49,520 nucleotides of DNA from Candidatus Parvarchaeota archaeon. GTDB lineage: Archaea > Nanobdellota > Nanobdellia > Parvarchaeales > Parvarchaeaceae. Below the pieces are notes generated by a model. That model ran no database searches. It was not told the origin of the DNA and saw only the letters and a program-made list of their open reading frames with translations. The stretch covers positions 1 through 49,520 of the forward strand of contig JAMCSQ010000044.1 of the NCBI GenBank assembly GCA_023378805.1, given 5' to 3'. Positions 26,202-36,023 of the stretch are shown piece after piece. Position 1 is the stretch's first letter. Each line of letters begins with the position of its first letter. The translations under genes were made by a program, and so were the position numbers.

Positions 26202-26957
26202 TTATTTCCTGCATTTGAATATAATAGTAGGTGCAATCTTGTTTACAAGTGCCCTCCTGTAACCTATACCCCATATTTTATCCTGTGTGTCAAATGGCTC
26301 TATTATCCTTTCAAGCTTTAAACCAGAGTCCATTATAAGATTTACAATATCGCTTATTTTCCTTTCGTAATAAGCAAAGTAATGGGTACTTTTATCGGGC
26401 CATTTCTCTTTTTTAATTTTCAGACCGGAATTAAAGTAGCTTTCCTTTATTTTCATGTCCTTCGGGTCTATAAGCAGATAAAACGGATGCTCTATGCTAA
26501 AGACAAGAATACCATTCTTTACAAGTAAATTTCTGACATTTTTTAGTAAAGCATTGAGATTAGTACAGTATTGAAGTGCCATTATTGAGATTACTACATT
26601 AAATTTTCTAGGTTTTAACTTGTCTATATTTGAAAAAGGGAGCTCGATAAATTCAACATTTACTCCTTCCCCTTTAGCATTCTTCCTTGCAAATTCTATC
26701 TGTTTATATGAAATATCTATCCCAGTACATATCGCTCTTTTCTTTGCCAAAGCTATTGATACCTGTCCACCTCCACATCCCAATTCTAGGACTTTTTTAT
26801 TAGATATTTTTCCAAGCAATTTCAATTTTTCTTCATTTGAGCCAAAAGGGCCGTATTCAACATCGATCATCTTATCTGCAGAAATTTCCTTTTGATAATA
26901 CTCAGAAGCTGAATCCCACCATTCTTTTATGATTTTTTCGCCGTTACCTTTGTACAT
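26202..26957 (-). CDS. Class I SAM-dependent methyltransferase
   Basis: 'KVLELGCGGGQVSIALA' (motif I), 'GIDIS', 'FNVVISIMALQY'. Confidence 0.8.
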   Translation of the reverse strand: MYKGNGEKIIKEWWDSASEYYQKEISADKMIDVEYGPFGSNEEKLKLLGKISNKKVLELGCGGGQVSIALAKKRAICTGIDISYKQIEFARKNAKGEGVNVEFIELPFSNIDKLKPRKFNVVISIMALQYCTNLNALLKNVRNLLVKNGILVFSIEHPFYLLIDPKDMKIKESYFNSGLKIKKEKWPDKSTHYFAYYERKISDIVNLIMDSGLKLERIIEPFDTQDKIWGIGYRRALVNKIAPTIIFKCRK

Positions 26958-27000
26958 AGTGTATTTATATCAAAAGAGTAATATAAAACTGTAAATAGAT

Positions 27001-28308
27001 ATGTTTGATTCGATGAATTTAAGAAAAGAGATATTAACTGCATTGCATGAAATGAAGTTTGATGAACCTACTGACGTGCAAAAACAGGCCATTCCACTTG
27101 AATTGGAAGGCAAAGATGTAGTTGTAAAATCCAAAACTGGAAGCGGAAAAACTGCTGCTTTTGTTATACCCATATTAAACGGCTTAGAAAAAAGTGAAAA
27201 ACAGGCTGCGATGATAATAACTCCGACTAGAGAGCTTGCACTGCAGGTAACAGATGTTGTAAGGGACATTGGGAAGCATCTTCAAATAAAAGCAGTTACG
27301 ATTTACGGCGGAGCTTCAATAAATTATCAGATAAGAGAAATACGAAACGGGGCAAATATAATCATAGGAACCCCTGGAAGAATAATAGATCTAATGAAAA
27401 GGGGAGAGTTGCTTACCACTTCAATAAGATTTCTTGTTTTGGATGAAGTAGACATCATGCTGGATATGGGCTTCATAGATGACATAAAATATATATTATC
27501 AAAACTACCCAAGAAGAGACAGACAATGTTCTTTTCTGCAACAATTCCAGAAGAAATAAAACATATAACATTAAACTATACTAACAGTCCTATAAATGTG
27601 AATATAAATGCAGGGGAAGTTACTGTAAGCACAATACAGCATTTTTATTCTATCGCAAATGGAAGTGATAAATTTGCAACATTGCTTGCATATCTAGATG
27701 AGAAGAAACCGGAAAAAGCTATAATATTCTGTAAAACGCAGAGAAACGCTGAAAGAATACATTCAATGATGCAAAATATGGACATAAAAGCCGTTTTGAT
27801 GCATGGGGGATTAAGCCAGAATAGAAGAGAACACTCTCTAAATATGTTTAAAGAGAACATAAACATGCTTATAGCCACAAACGTAGCTTCGCGTGGATTG
27901 GATATAGATAATGTTTCTGATATAATAAATTTTGACGCTGAGACCGATCCAAAGGCGTATGTTCACAGAGTAGGTAGAAGCGCAAGAATGGGAAAAAGCG
28001 GGAGGGCTTTTACAATATTCACTCATTCGGAAAAATATTTAGTTTACGAGATAGAAAATTACGCTAAGATAAAGCTTTCTTACATAGAATTTAATCTTTC
28101 AAGTTATAGAGAAAAGATAAATGAGCTTTATAAAGGAGATTCTAGACATGATATTGAAAGTGCATTAAGAAGAAGTAATTTCAATCCAAACAGGGGTTTC
28201 AGTAGAAATAAACCTTATAGAAAAGAGTTTGGCAGTAATAAAGACGACAGACATTATTCAGGATTCAAGAGGAACAAATTCAAACGCAGTTATTTTAAGG
28301 AAGACTGA
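27001..28308 (+). CDS. DEAD-box ATP-dependent RNA helicase (DEVD variant) with basic C-terminal tail
   Basis: Q motif 'FDEPTDVQKQAIP', I 'SKTGSGKTAAF', Ia 'PTRELA', Ib 'TPGR', II 'VLDEVD', III 'SAT', V 'ATNVASRGLDI', VI 'HRVGRSARMG'. The tail is rich in R/K/N/F. Confidence 0.9.
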   Translation: MFDSMNLRKEILTALHEMKFDEPTDVQKQAIPLELEGKDVVVKSKTGSGKTAAFVIPILNGLEKSEKQAAMIITPTRELALQVTDVVRDIGKHLQIKAVTIYGGASINYQIREIRNGANIIIGTPGRIIDLMKRGELLTTSIRFLVLDEVDIMLDMGFIDDIKYILSKLPKKRQTMFFSATIPEEIKHITLNYTNSPINVNINAGEVTVSTIQHFYSIANGSDKFATLLAYLDEKKPEKAIIFCKTQRNAERIHSMMQNMDIKAVLMHGGLSQNRREHSLNMFKENINMLIATNVASRGLDIDNVSDIINFDAETDPKAYVHRVGRSARMGKSGRAFTIFTHSEKYLVYEIENYAKIKLSYIEFNLSSYREKINELYKGDSRHDIESALRRSNFNPNRGFSRNKPYRKEFGSNKDDRHYSGFKRNKFKRSYFKED

Positions 28309-28391
28309 TTTTTCATATTGCTTATAAAAAGCTAATAGATAGGTTTTATTACAGAAGAATTAATAAATCCACAACATATATTATTATAATA

Positions 28392-29000
28392 ATGATATTT
28401 AAAAGAAAAGAAAAACCCAAAGTAGATGATGATATTATTCTAAGAGCAAACATTGCGCAAGGAATAAAAATCCTGTATCTGGACAGAAAACGACTGTTTT
28501 ACCCTGAAAATAACCATTATGAGAAATTAAATGATACCTTTGACCATATAATTAAAAATTTAAGGGAGTTAGAGAAAAAGAAACCTAGAATGTTAGTTAT
28601 TGGTAAAAATGGTTTTGAATATGAATTGCTTGATAGTAAGATGATAGACACATTAGAAGATTATTTTAAGTTTCTATTATTGTTGCCACCACCAAACTCA
28701 ATATTTACAAGATGGAAAAAATCCGTTGAAATAGGAAAAATGCACGTTCCAACGCTTTCATACATGCTGCACTCGATTCTTACGTATAAATTACCGGATT
28801 ACTGGATGGATAAAATGGATGAGTATACTGACATAGCTGGTGCTATAATAGAAGTAATTAACAAAGGTTCTAATAACGAAAAATTAATTGATGTAACTGA
28901 TCAGGCAAAGAAAAATATTGAAAATAAAGTAGACAAAGAAAGAGAAAAAGTTTACAAGAAAAAAATACTTGAATGGCTAAGACTAAACCTTATAATTTAA
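28392..29000 (+). CDS. Hypothetical protein
   Basis: 202-aa soluble, Lys/Glu-rich ORF with a clean ATG. No motif I recognise. Confidence 0.5.
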   Translation: MIFKRKEKPKVDDDIILRANIAQGIKILYLDRKRLFYPENNHYEKLNDTFDHIIKNLRELEKKKPRMLVIGKNGFEYELLDSKMIDTLEDYFKFLLLLPPPNSIFTRWKKSVEIGKMHVPTLSYMLHSILTYKLPDYWMDKMDEYTDIAGAIIEVINKGSNNEKLIDVTDQAKKNIENKVDKEREKVYKKKILEWLRLNLII

Positions 29001-29018
29001 ATTTTAGAAACTAAAAAA

Positions 29019-30440
29019 TCACTTTTTAGCCTTAGCTTTATTAGGCATGACTAATTTTGGAACTCCATGTACATGCTTATAAGAAGCTATTGCTATCTCC
29101 TCTAAGGTTAATCCCTTTGTTTCAGGTGTAAAGAATACAGTGAAGAAGAACACGAATAACATCAGTGCTAAAAGTATAAAGAAGAATCCTGATTTACCTA
29201 TCGTAAGGGTCAAGTAAGGAAATAGAAATGCTGAAGCGAACGATGCAATTCTGGTTATTCCGGTTGCACTTCCCATTGAAGATGATCTTAGCTTCGTAGG
29301 CAAAAGCTCTATTGCGTATAAACCCATAGTGTTTCCTGGACCTAAATTTCCAAGGCCATAATCAAATATGAATGCGATTATACCTATTGTTATCGCGATT
29401 GAAGCTGCTGCTGTTGCAGCTATAAAGAATAAAAGCATTGCCACGGCCATTCCTGCAAAACCTAATGCCTGTAATGGTCTTCTTCCTATCCTGTCATTAA
29501 GCATTACTGCACCGAAAGCTCCCAAAAAGCCTATCGGCATGTAAAATATAAATGAATATAAAAGAGATGTTGAACCTGCGACTCCTAGTCCTTTAAGTAT
29601 CAATGGCGAGTACAGTCCTATACCATAGCCTGCCAAATCATAGATTATCCACTGTGTCCAAACAACTGCTGTTCTCTTTCCGTATTCTCCTTTGAATAGT
29701 GCAGAAAATGAACCTGCGGCTATATTTGCTTCTTTTTGTCTTTCAGACAAGATAGCTTTAATATCCTGCTGGGTCATTCCTATCTTTTGAGCCACAGTCT
29801 TTACAACTTTATCACTAGCTTTTCCTTCATCTATTATCTTCCATCTTGCAGATTCAGGCATCCTTGTTCTAAGTATCACAGTTATGATTGCAGGTATTGC
29901 GCCTAATGCTAAAACCCATCTCCAGCTCGTTAATGGGTTGCTTAGGAAGAAGACATATCCTAATATGAATGCTGCTGCCGCACCTATGCTCCAAAATGTC
30001 CATACCCAGCCATATCCAGCACCTCTCTTCTTATTAGGGTACATTTCAGTAGTATAAACCGGGCTTAGTGCATAATCTGCCCCCACTCCCCAACCAACGA
30101 AGAATCTGAAGATTATCATTTCTGTTATATTTGTTGATAATGCTGATAATATTGCAAAGACTGCAAAGAAAACAAGATCAAAGATATAAAGATATCTCCT
30201 CCCTATTCTATCTGCATAATGACCAAATATTACTGCTCCTACAAATGCTCCAAGCAGTGCAGAACCAGTAACAAATGATTCTGTAAATGCGGAGTACTGG
30301 AATATTTTATAAGTGACTAAAACTAGAGTGAAAACGGATATTACACTGAGATCATAACCATCGAGAAAATAACCCATTGCTGAAAGGGTAGTTATTACGG
30401 AACGCCTTGGCACGTGAACGTTTTCAGCATTACTTTGCAT
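29019..30440 (-). CDS. MFS transporter, sugar-porter family
   Basis: 'GHYADRIGRRYLYIF' (motif A), 'RMPESARW', 'TPETKGLTLEEI', the sugar-porter signatures. The ORF-track start (30485) is TTG; the first ATG is at 30440, 35 nt after the glpK stop. Confidence 0.8.
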   Translation of the reverse strand: MQSNAENVHVPRRSVITTLSAMGYFLDGYDLSVISVFTLVLVTYKIFQYSAFTESFVTGSALLGAFVGAVIFGHYADRIGRRYLYIFDLVFFAVFAILSALSTNITEMIIFRFFVGWGVGADYALSPVYTTEMYPNKKRGAGYGWVWTFWSIGAAAAFILGYVFFLSNPLTSWRWVLALGAIPAIITVILRTRMPESARWKIIDEGKASDKVVKTVAQKIGMTQQDIKAILSERQKEANIAAGSFSALFKGEYGKRTAVVWTQWIIYDLAGYGIGLYSPLILKGLGVAGSTSLLYSFIFYMPIGFLGAFGAVMLNDRIGRRPLQALGFAGMAVAMLLFFIAATAAASIAITIGIIAFIFDYGLGNLGPGNTMGLYAIELLPTKLRSSSMGSATGITRIASFASAFLFPYLTLTIGKSGFFFILLALMLFVFFFTVFFTPETKGLTLEEIAIASYKHVHGVPKLVMPNKAKAKK

Positions 30441-30475
30441 AAATTTAACGATTTTTTTATTATATTTAAATCTTT

Positions 30476-31951
30476 CTATTCCCAATTTCTTGACCTTTCC
30501 ACTGCATCAAGCCATTTATCATATATAGTATTATAGGGTTTACTATCCGCTTTTGGATAAAAATACCTGCCAGATCTGTTTAAATTTTTTATTTTATTGA
30601 AATCCCATATACCTGAGGATATACCGGCGGACAATGCTGCGCCAAATGCGCTTTCTTCCACTAAATTCGACCTATAAATCCTTTTACCTAGCAAATTTGC
30701 TTGTAACTGCATTATATAGTCATTGTTTGCAACACCTCCATCAACGTTTATTTTATTATTGAAATTTTCCATCATTTTTACTATATCCACGACCTGCATA
30801 CATATGGAGTATACTGCAGCTCTTATAAAAGCAAGCTTGTTGGATTTTCTTGTTAATCCTATAATTATACCTCTTGCAGATTCATCCCAGTATGGGGAAA
30901 ATAACCCGCTAAACGCAGGTACTAAGAAAAGATTGGTATCTACTGAAGAGTTTATTGCAGCTCTAATCTCTGAGAGAGATTTCATTATACCAATTTCTTC
31001 CAACCAATCAAATATTTCACCGGATATCGGTACAGATCCTTCTAAAGCATATGTACAGTTATTTTTTCCTGTTCCATAAGCGCATGTGGTTAGAAGGCCC
31101 TTTTCTCTTTTTATCTCTCTGCCAGTGTTTTGAAGTACAAAGCTGCCTGTTCCGTATGTAATCTTTATATCAGAATTGAAAATTGCTCTTTCTCCAAGTA
31201 GTGCTGCCTGCTGATCTCCAAGTACTCCCATTATTTTAACCCCTTTAAAACCACTATAATTGATGATTCCAAATCCTTCATTGTTTATAGACGGCTTTAT
31301 TTCTGGCAGTATACTTTTAGGTATTTTGAAAATATCCAGCATCTCGGAATCCCATTCCTTGGTTCTTAAATTCATTAACAACGTTCTTGATGCATTTGTA
31401 TAATCTGTTAGATGATTTTTTCCACCAGTTAATTTCCATATAAGCCAACTGTCAATATTACCTGCCAATACGCGTTTTTCTCGGATTAGTTCCCTAACTT
31501 TATTTGAGTTATCAATTAACCACTTTATCTTAGAAGCAGAAAAATAACTACTCAGTTTTAGACCCGTTCTCTGCTTTATTTCCGTTTCGCCATTAGCATC
31601 TCTTATCCTTTTTATCAGGCCCTGCGTACGCACATCTTGCCATACTATTGCATTGCCCAAAGGCATTCCTGTTTTCTTATCCCATAATATTGTTGTCTCT
31701 CTTTGGTTGCTTATTCCCACCGCGGCAATATCTTTAGCTTCTAACTTTGCAGAATGAATGGCAGAGCTTAAAACAAATTTAACATTACTTAATATTTCCA
31801 AAGGATTGTGCTCTACCCAACCTTCCTTAGGCAGGATTTGTTTATGTCTCTTATATGCCTTACTTATGACCTTTCCAGTTATATCAAATATCAAACATTT
31901 TGTACCGGTTGTCCCCTGGTCTATTGCTGCTAAGTATCTATAATTTTGCAT
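30476..31951 (-). CDS. glpK: Glycerol kinase
   Basis: 'YLAAIDQGTTGTKCLIFD', 'EGWVEHNPLEI', 'GISNQRETTILWDKKTGMP', 'GDQQAALLG', FGGY C-terminal domain. The ORF-track start (31975) is TTG; the ATG at 31951 gives the canonical N-terminus. Confidence 0.92.
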   Translation of the reverse strand: MQNYRYLAAIDQGTTGTKCLIFDITGKVISKAYKRHKQILPKEGWVEHNPLEILSNVKFVLSSAIHSAKLEAKDIAAVGISNQRETTILWDKKTGMPLGNAIVWQDVRTQGLIKRIRDANGETEIKQRTGLKLSSYFSASKIKWLIDNSNKVRELIREKRVLAGNIDSWLIWKLTGGKNHLTDYTNASRTLLMNLRTKEWDSEMLDIFKIPKSILPEIKPSINNEGFGIINYSGFKGVKIMGVLGDQQAALLGERAIFNSDIKITYGTGSFVLQNTGREIKREKGLLTTCAYGTGKNNCTYALEGSVPISGEIFDWLEEIGIMKSLSEIRAAINSSVDTNLFLVPAFSGLFSPYWDESARGIIIGLTRKSNKLAFIRAAVYSICMQVVDIVKMMENFNNKINVDGGVANNDYIMQLQANLLGKRIYRSNLVEESAFGAALSAGISSGIWDFNKIKNLNRSGRYFYPKADSKPYNTIYDKWLDAVERSRNWE

Positions 31952-32672
31952 ACCTTTTAAGCATACGCAGTACAAGTCTTGGATTGTTTGAGGTTATACT
32001 ATCAACCTTTAGATCTATTGCCCGTTTTATTTCTTCCACTGTATCTACCGTCCAAGCCGCTACTTTAAAACCATTTTTTCTGGCAATTTCAATATCCTCC
32101 TGATAGATTAAATTAAATGAAGGCTGTAAAAAGTTGATTTTTAGGGTTTTAGCGATGTCAATAAACCAAGAGGATTTACCCGTGTAAAGTAAACCAGTTA
32201 TAATTGTTTTGTCCAATTCCCTAACAATTTCTAAAGAATCAAAGTCAAAGGATATTATTTGAACGTTATTTTTTAGATTAAACTCACTTATTAAATTCAA
32301 CATTTTTTCCTCTATGCCAGGATAAATCTTTGAACTTTGTTTTATTTCCAGATAATAATTTATTCTTCCCAGTCCCTCAAATACTTCCCGTAATGTAGAT
32401 ACTCTCGTTCCTTTCCATCTCTTACCAAACTTAAAACCGGCATCAAGCCTTTTAATCTCTTCGATAGTATGCAAATGAATCAAACCACTACCATTAGTAG
32501 TTCTATCTAATGTTTCATCGTGCATTACAATTAATTCGCCATCTTTGCTTGTATGAAGGTCCATTTCTACACCATAAACCCCTAGTTTTTTAGCAAGTTT
32601 AAATGATGGCAGCGTATTTTCTGGGGCTTCTATTGCAGCTCCCCTGTGTCCATAGACTAGTGGCATTCTCAT
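31938..32672 (-). CDS. Glycerophosphodiester phosphodiesterase (GDPD family)
   Basis: 'VYGHRGAAIEAPENTLPSF', 'GVEMDLHTSKDGELIVMHDETLDRTTNG'. Its 3' end overlaps the glpK ATG by 14 nt. Confidence 0.88.
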   Translation of the reverse strand: MRMPLVYGHRGAAIEAPENTLPSFKLAKKLGVYGVEMDLHTSKDGELIVMHDETLDRTTNGSGLIHLHTIEEIKRLDAGFKFGKRWKGTRVSTLREVFEGLGRINYYLEIKQSSKIYPGIEEKMLNLISEFNLKNNVQIISFDFDSLEIVRELDKTIITGLLYTGKSSWFIDIAKTLKINFLQPSFNLIYQEDIEIARKNGFKVAAWTVDTVEEIKRAIDLKVDSITSNNPRLVLRMLKRYAKL

Positions 32673-32730
32673 TTTAATTTGAGTATTTTAAAGAATTTAA
32701 CGCTATCCAAATGCAATTAAAAAAATAAAA

Positions 32731-33126
32731 CTACTTCTTTTTCTTCTTTGTTTTAAGAAACGCTACATACCTTAGAAAGGATTTTGGATGGTCTATGCTT
32801 GTAAATGTTACAAAGAAACAAGCAAGCGATAAAATTGCAACATCACTTAAAAACTCCCAAATACTTATAGGATTGATAAAAAAACTGGCTACGAAAGCAG
32901 ATATGAAGCCGATAGCCAGAGAGCTTCCGGTAATTACAAGAAACAGAAATGCAAGTATGTACCTCTTTGGGTTATTAAACATGTACGTACCAAAAAACCT
33001 GTTTGCTTCTTCTCTAGATCCATATCTGTAGGAAGATAACATAAAATAAACAAAGCCGAGAGTAGATACTAAAATCACTGTTCCTGAGATAATGCCCACA
33101 ACACCAAATATCTCATTTCCTGTCAT
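32731..33126 (-). CDS. Small three-TM membrane protein, 'B' type (copy B1)
   Basis: 131 aa. TM1, basic loop 'SSYRYGSREEANRFFGTYMFNNPKRY', TM2, TM3, poly-Lys end. ATGA overlap with the upstream gene (33123-33126). Confidence 0.55.
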   Translation of the reverse strand: MTGNEIFGVVGIISGTVILVSTLGFVYFMLSSYRYGSREEANRFFGTYMFNNPKRYILAFLFLVITGSSLAIGFISAFVASFFINPISIWEFLSDVAILSLACFFVTFTSIDHPKSFLRYVAFLKTKKKKK

Positions 33127-33491
33127 ATAAATCGTTTAAACCTTGTATACCAAAAATGCATGTCCAAGATAATAAAAACTGCCGTAATTACCGCAAAAAT
33201 AAAACCCAAAAAGGACGTGGAATACTGCAGAACTGTTGTTGGATTAAATCCTCCGTCAAGAAAATCTGAAAAAGCCATCAATCCTGTAAGAAAGGCAAAT
33301 AAACCTGCAAATACAAAATAAGGAGTTCTTGTTTTTTCTGGATTCAAAAGATAACTTGACAGAGGTGCTCGGTCTTTTATGTGCTTTATCAATGCTCTTA
33401 AAATTATCATACCATAATAAACTGCGAAAATGCCAAGTATGCTCAGCAGTCCAAAAATCACCTCATCTGCTGTTTTTATGTATAACATCAT
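33123..33491 (-). CDS. Small three-TM membrane protein, 'A' type (copy A1)
   Basis: 122 aa. 'IKHIKDRAPLSSYLLNPEKT', 'FLTGLMAF', C-terminus 'WYTRFKRFI'. Paralog of 41205..41552 and 42406..42771. Confidence 0.6.
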   Translation of the reverse strand: MMLYIKTADEVIFGLLSILGIFAVYYGMIILRALIKHIKDRAPLSSYLLNPEKTRTPYFVFAGLFAFLTGLMAFSDFLDGGFNPTTVLQYSTSFLGFIFAVITAVFIILDMHFWYTRFKRFI

Positions 33492-33889
33492 ATAACTCCG
33501 TAGTAAGCAATTAAAATCATGATTGTTGTAAGGACTGCAGTAGAGATAAGTGAATAAGTAATTAAAACTCCTGCCTCCTTCAAGTCAACAAGATGCAATG
33601 CTTTATTCTTTACTGAACCTTTTTTAGTATGGGAAATTAAATATACTCCGTTAATAGCATTTGCAACGCAGAACCTCTTATACCCCTGGTAAAAACCTAT
33701 AAAACCCAAAAATAAAGGAAACGCTAATAAAATAAAAAATAGATAATTTACTTTAAAAATTGAAAGAAAGATTGCAAGAATTACAAAAACAACGAAACCT
33801 GCAAGCCCTCCAATGTATCTTTTCCTTATCTCTTTAGGACCTATATTACACTTCCCAGGGGAGTAATTATCCGGCCTATTCTCGCTCAT
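33488..33889 (-). CDS. Membrane protein with YgaP-like (DUF2892-like) N-terminal signature
   Basis: 133 aa. 'KCNIGPKEIRKRYIGGLAGFVVFVIL' resembles the 'N-x-G-x-x-(D/E)-R-x-x-R-x-x-x-G' start of DUF2892 TM domains. 4-nt overlap with the A1 start. Confidence 0.4.
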   Translation of the reverse strand: MSENRPDNYSPGKCNIGPKEIRKRYIGGLAGFVVFVILAIFLSIFKVNYLFFILLAFPLFLGFIGFYQGYKRFCVANAINGVYLISHTKKGSVKNKALHLVDLKEAGVLITYSLISTAVLTTIMILIAYYGVI

Positions 33890-33983
33890 AACATCAGTAA
33901 TATTTACACGTTAATAAACTATTTGGCATTGACAAATAGATAAGGAAGATACTAATAACAAAGAATAATCTATTAGACTACAA

Positions 33984-34784
33984 TTATAAGTATTTTATTT
34001 GATAATAGATAGCGTCAATAGAAGAGGCTTTTTCGGTTGGAGTGTATGGCTTTTCGTTTTTTTCGCTTTTAGCATTCATTATCCAGATAGAGTCTATACC
34101 ATTCTCATTGGCCATTTTTATATCTGTGTTTATTCTGTCCCCTACTATCAGTATCCTGTTCCTTTTAATTTTATATTTTTTTGCAATATAATCTATGGTG
34201 GACTTGAATGGTTTTCCGAATGTGTAATCAGGTTCCCTTTTTACGGCCTGTGTTATAAGCGTTATTATCAAACCGGCATCTGGTATTTCTTTTCCTCTCT
34301 TATAAGGGCATAAAGGGTCGTTATGTGTCAGTAGAAACTTGGCTCCTTTATTTAGATGAGCTATGTTTCTTCTTAATTTTTCATAAGTGAGATTTACATC
34401 AAATCCGACTATTACTATCTCAGGATTTTCCTTATCAAATATAAATCCCTTTAACAAAAGTTCTCTTAGGAAATCATTTGATATTACTCCATCAAATCTT
34501 TTGATTTTCTTTTTAATTAAAAAATCTTCTACCAAATCATTTGGGAGTAGTAACTGTTCTTCTTTTAAATTAATCTTTAATATTTTACCTAGAGCCCTTA
34601 ACCTTTTTTCCTTGCTTTCTGAATCGTTATTGCTTAGAATTATGAACTTTTTGCCCATTTGAATCAATTTACTTAAAAATGCGGAAGAGGATGAAAAAGG
34701 AGTATCCCAAAGATATAATGTTCCATCGCCATCTAAAAGAAGGAGATCTTTATTTTTTATAAGCTCTTTTATCTTATTACCCAT
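33984..34784 (-). CDS. HAD-superfamily hydrolase, subfamily IIA (NagD/PNPase-like phosphatase)
   Basis: Motif I 'LLLDGDGTLYLW', 'IILSNN', motif IV 'VGDRINTDIKMANENGIDSIWI'. Confidence 0.8.
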   Translation of the reverse strand: MGNKIKELIKNKDLLLLDGDGTLYLWDTPFSSSSAFLSKLIQMGKKFIILSNNDSESKEKRLRALGKILKINLKEEQLLLPNDLVEDFLIKKKIKRFDGVISNDFLRELLLKGFIFDKENPEIVIVGFDVNLTYEKLRRNIAHLNKGAKFLLTHNDPLCPYKRGKEIPDAGLIITLITQAVKREPDYTFGKPFKSTIDYIAKKYKIKRNRILIVGDRINTDIKMANENGIDSIWIMNAKSEKNEKPYTPTEKASSIDAIYYQIKYL

Positions 34785-34820
34785 TTATTTAAATACCTCA
34801 TTTTATACTTTTATACCATC

Positions 34821-36023
34821 CTAATTACCACTACCTTTCTTTATAAGGAATACTGGAACTGCGATTGCAAGTGATACTGCGCCGAATAAGAACAGTATAA
34901 GCATTGATGACCATACCGAAGTAAATGGCGCATTAAAAACGACCACCTGTCTGAAAGCTTCAACACCGTAAGTCAACGGGAGGAATTTCGCTATATCTGC
35001 TATAACTGAAGGTAATTCCTGCAAGGGATAAAGCACTCCGCTTAAAAACAGCATAGGAAAGAAAACAAGGTTTAACAATAGCTGAGAAGTTTCCTGGTCT
35101 TTAGTCAGTGCAGTTACTAAAAGCCCTAAGCCAAGGAAACCAAATATTCCAAGTATAAGTATGGCAGCAGTAAGTAAAATGTTTCCATTGAAGCTCATGT
35201 GAAATAAAAGAATTACAAGAATAACTACTACCGCAGACTGTATTAAACTCCTTACCAGCTGTGAAAGCATCTTTCCGGTTAAAAAAGAACCTGTTCTTAT
35301 AGGTGAAAGCATTACAGCAGTTATAGTCCCGTCTTCTTTTTCTCTACTTAACGCTGAACCTAATGCGGTTAATCCCGCCATCATGCTAAGAAGCATTATT
35401 AGCCCCGGGCCTATAAAATCAAAATAATTGCCAGAAAGTATGGGTACAGAACTTACTACGAGAGGCGAAATTACAAATTCTGGGTTTATTTTCGGTAAAC
35501 CTACCAGCTCAGAATTCAATTTAGAAACAGTTCCATTGACTATTTCTGCAGAAAGTACAGTTGATGCTACGGATACTTTAGCATTTATATATTCCTCCAA
35601 TGTTGGAGAGGTTGGGTTTGTTACCAGTTTTAATTGCGTTGGTTGACCAGAAAGGCTTACGCTTGTGAAATTTGCGGGAAAATAGAGAATAGAGTCTATG
35701 GCACCGCTTCTTAAAGCTGATTCGGCTAAAGCCATCGAAGAATAGTTACTAAAAGTAATGCTTGAGTTGTACTTTACAAGTGAAATGAAGGAATTGCTTA
35801 AGTATATTGTATGGCTGTTAAAAGTAAATCCGCTATCGTTGTTTACTATACCTATATGAATGCCGTTGAAGCTAGAAGTAGAAGGAAACATAAAACCAAA
35901 TAGCATTATTATAAGAACAGGGAAAACAAACATCATGACAAGCCTAAAAGGTGTTCTGTAAAGTTCAATCAAATCCCTTTTGGCAATTATAAAAGCATCA
36001 TTTAAGGCTTTGAATACCATCAC
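34821..36023 (-). CDS. ABC-2 type transporter permease with large extracellular loop
   Basis: 400 aa. TM1, a ~170-aa polar sequon-bearing loop, then five C-terminal helices. 1-4 nt overlap with the upstream ATPase stop. Confidence 0.75.
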   Translation of the reverse strand: MMVFKALNDAFIIAKRDLIELYRTPFRLVMMFVFPVLIIMLFGFMFPSTSSFNGIHIGIVNNDSGFTFNSHTIYLSNSFISLVKYNSSITFSNYSSMALAESALRSGAIDSILYFPANFTSVSLSGQPTQLKLVTNPTSPTLEEYINAKVSVASTVLSAEIVNGTVSKLNSELVGLPKINPEFVISPLVVSSVPILSGNYFDFIGPGLIMLLSMMAGLTALGSALSREKEDGTITAVMLSPIRTGSFLTGKMLSQLVRSLIQSAVVVILVILLFHMSFNGNILLTAAILILGIFGFLGLGLLVTALTKDQETSQLLLNLVFFPMLFLSGVLYPLQELPSVIADIAKFLPLTYGVEAFRQVVVFNAPFTSVWSSMLILFLFGAVSLAIAVPVFLIKKGSGN

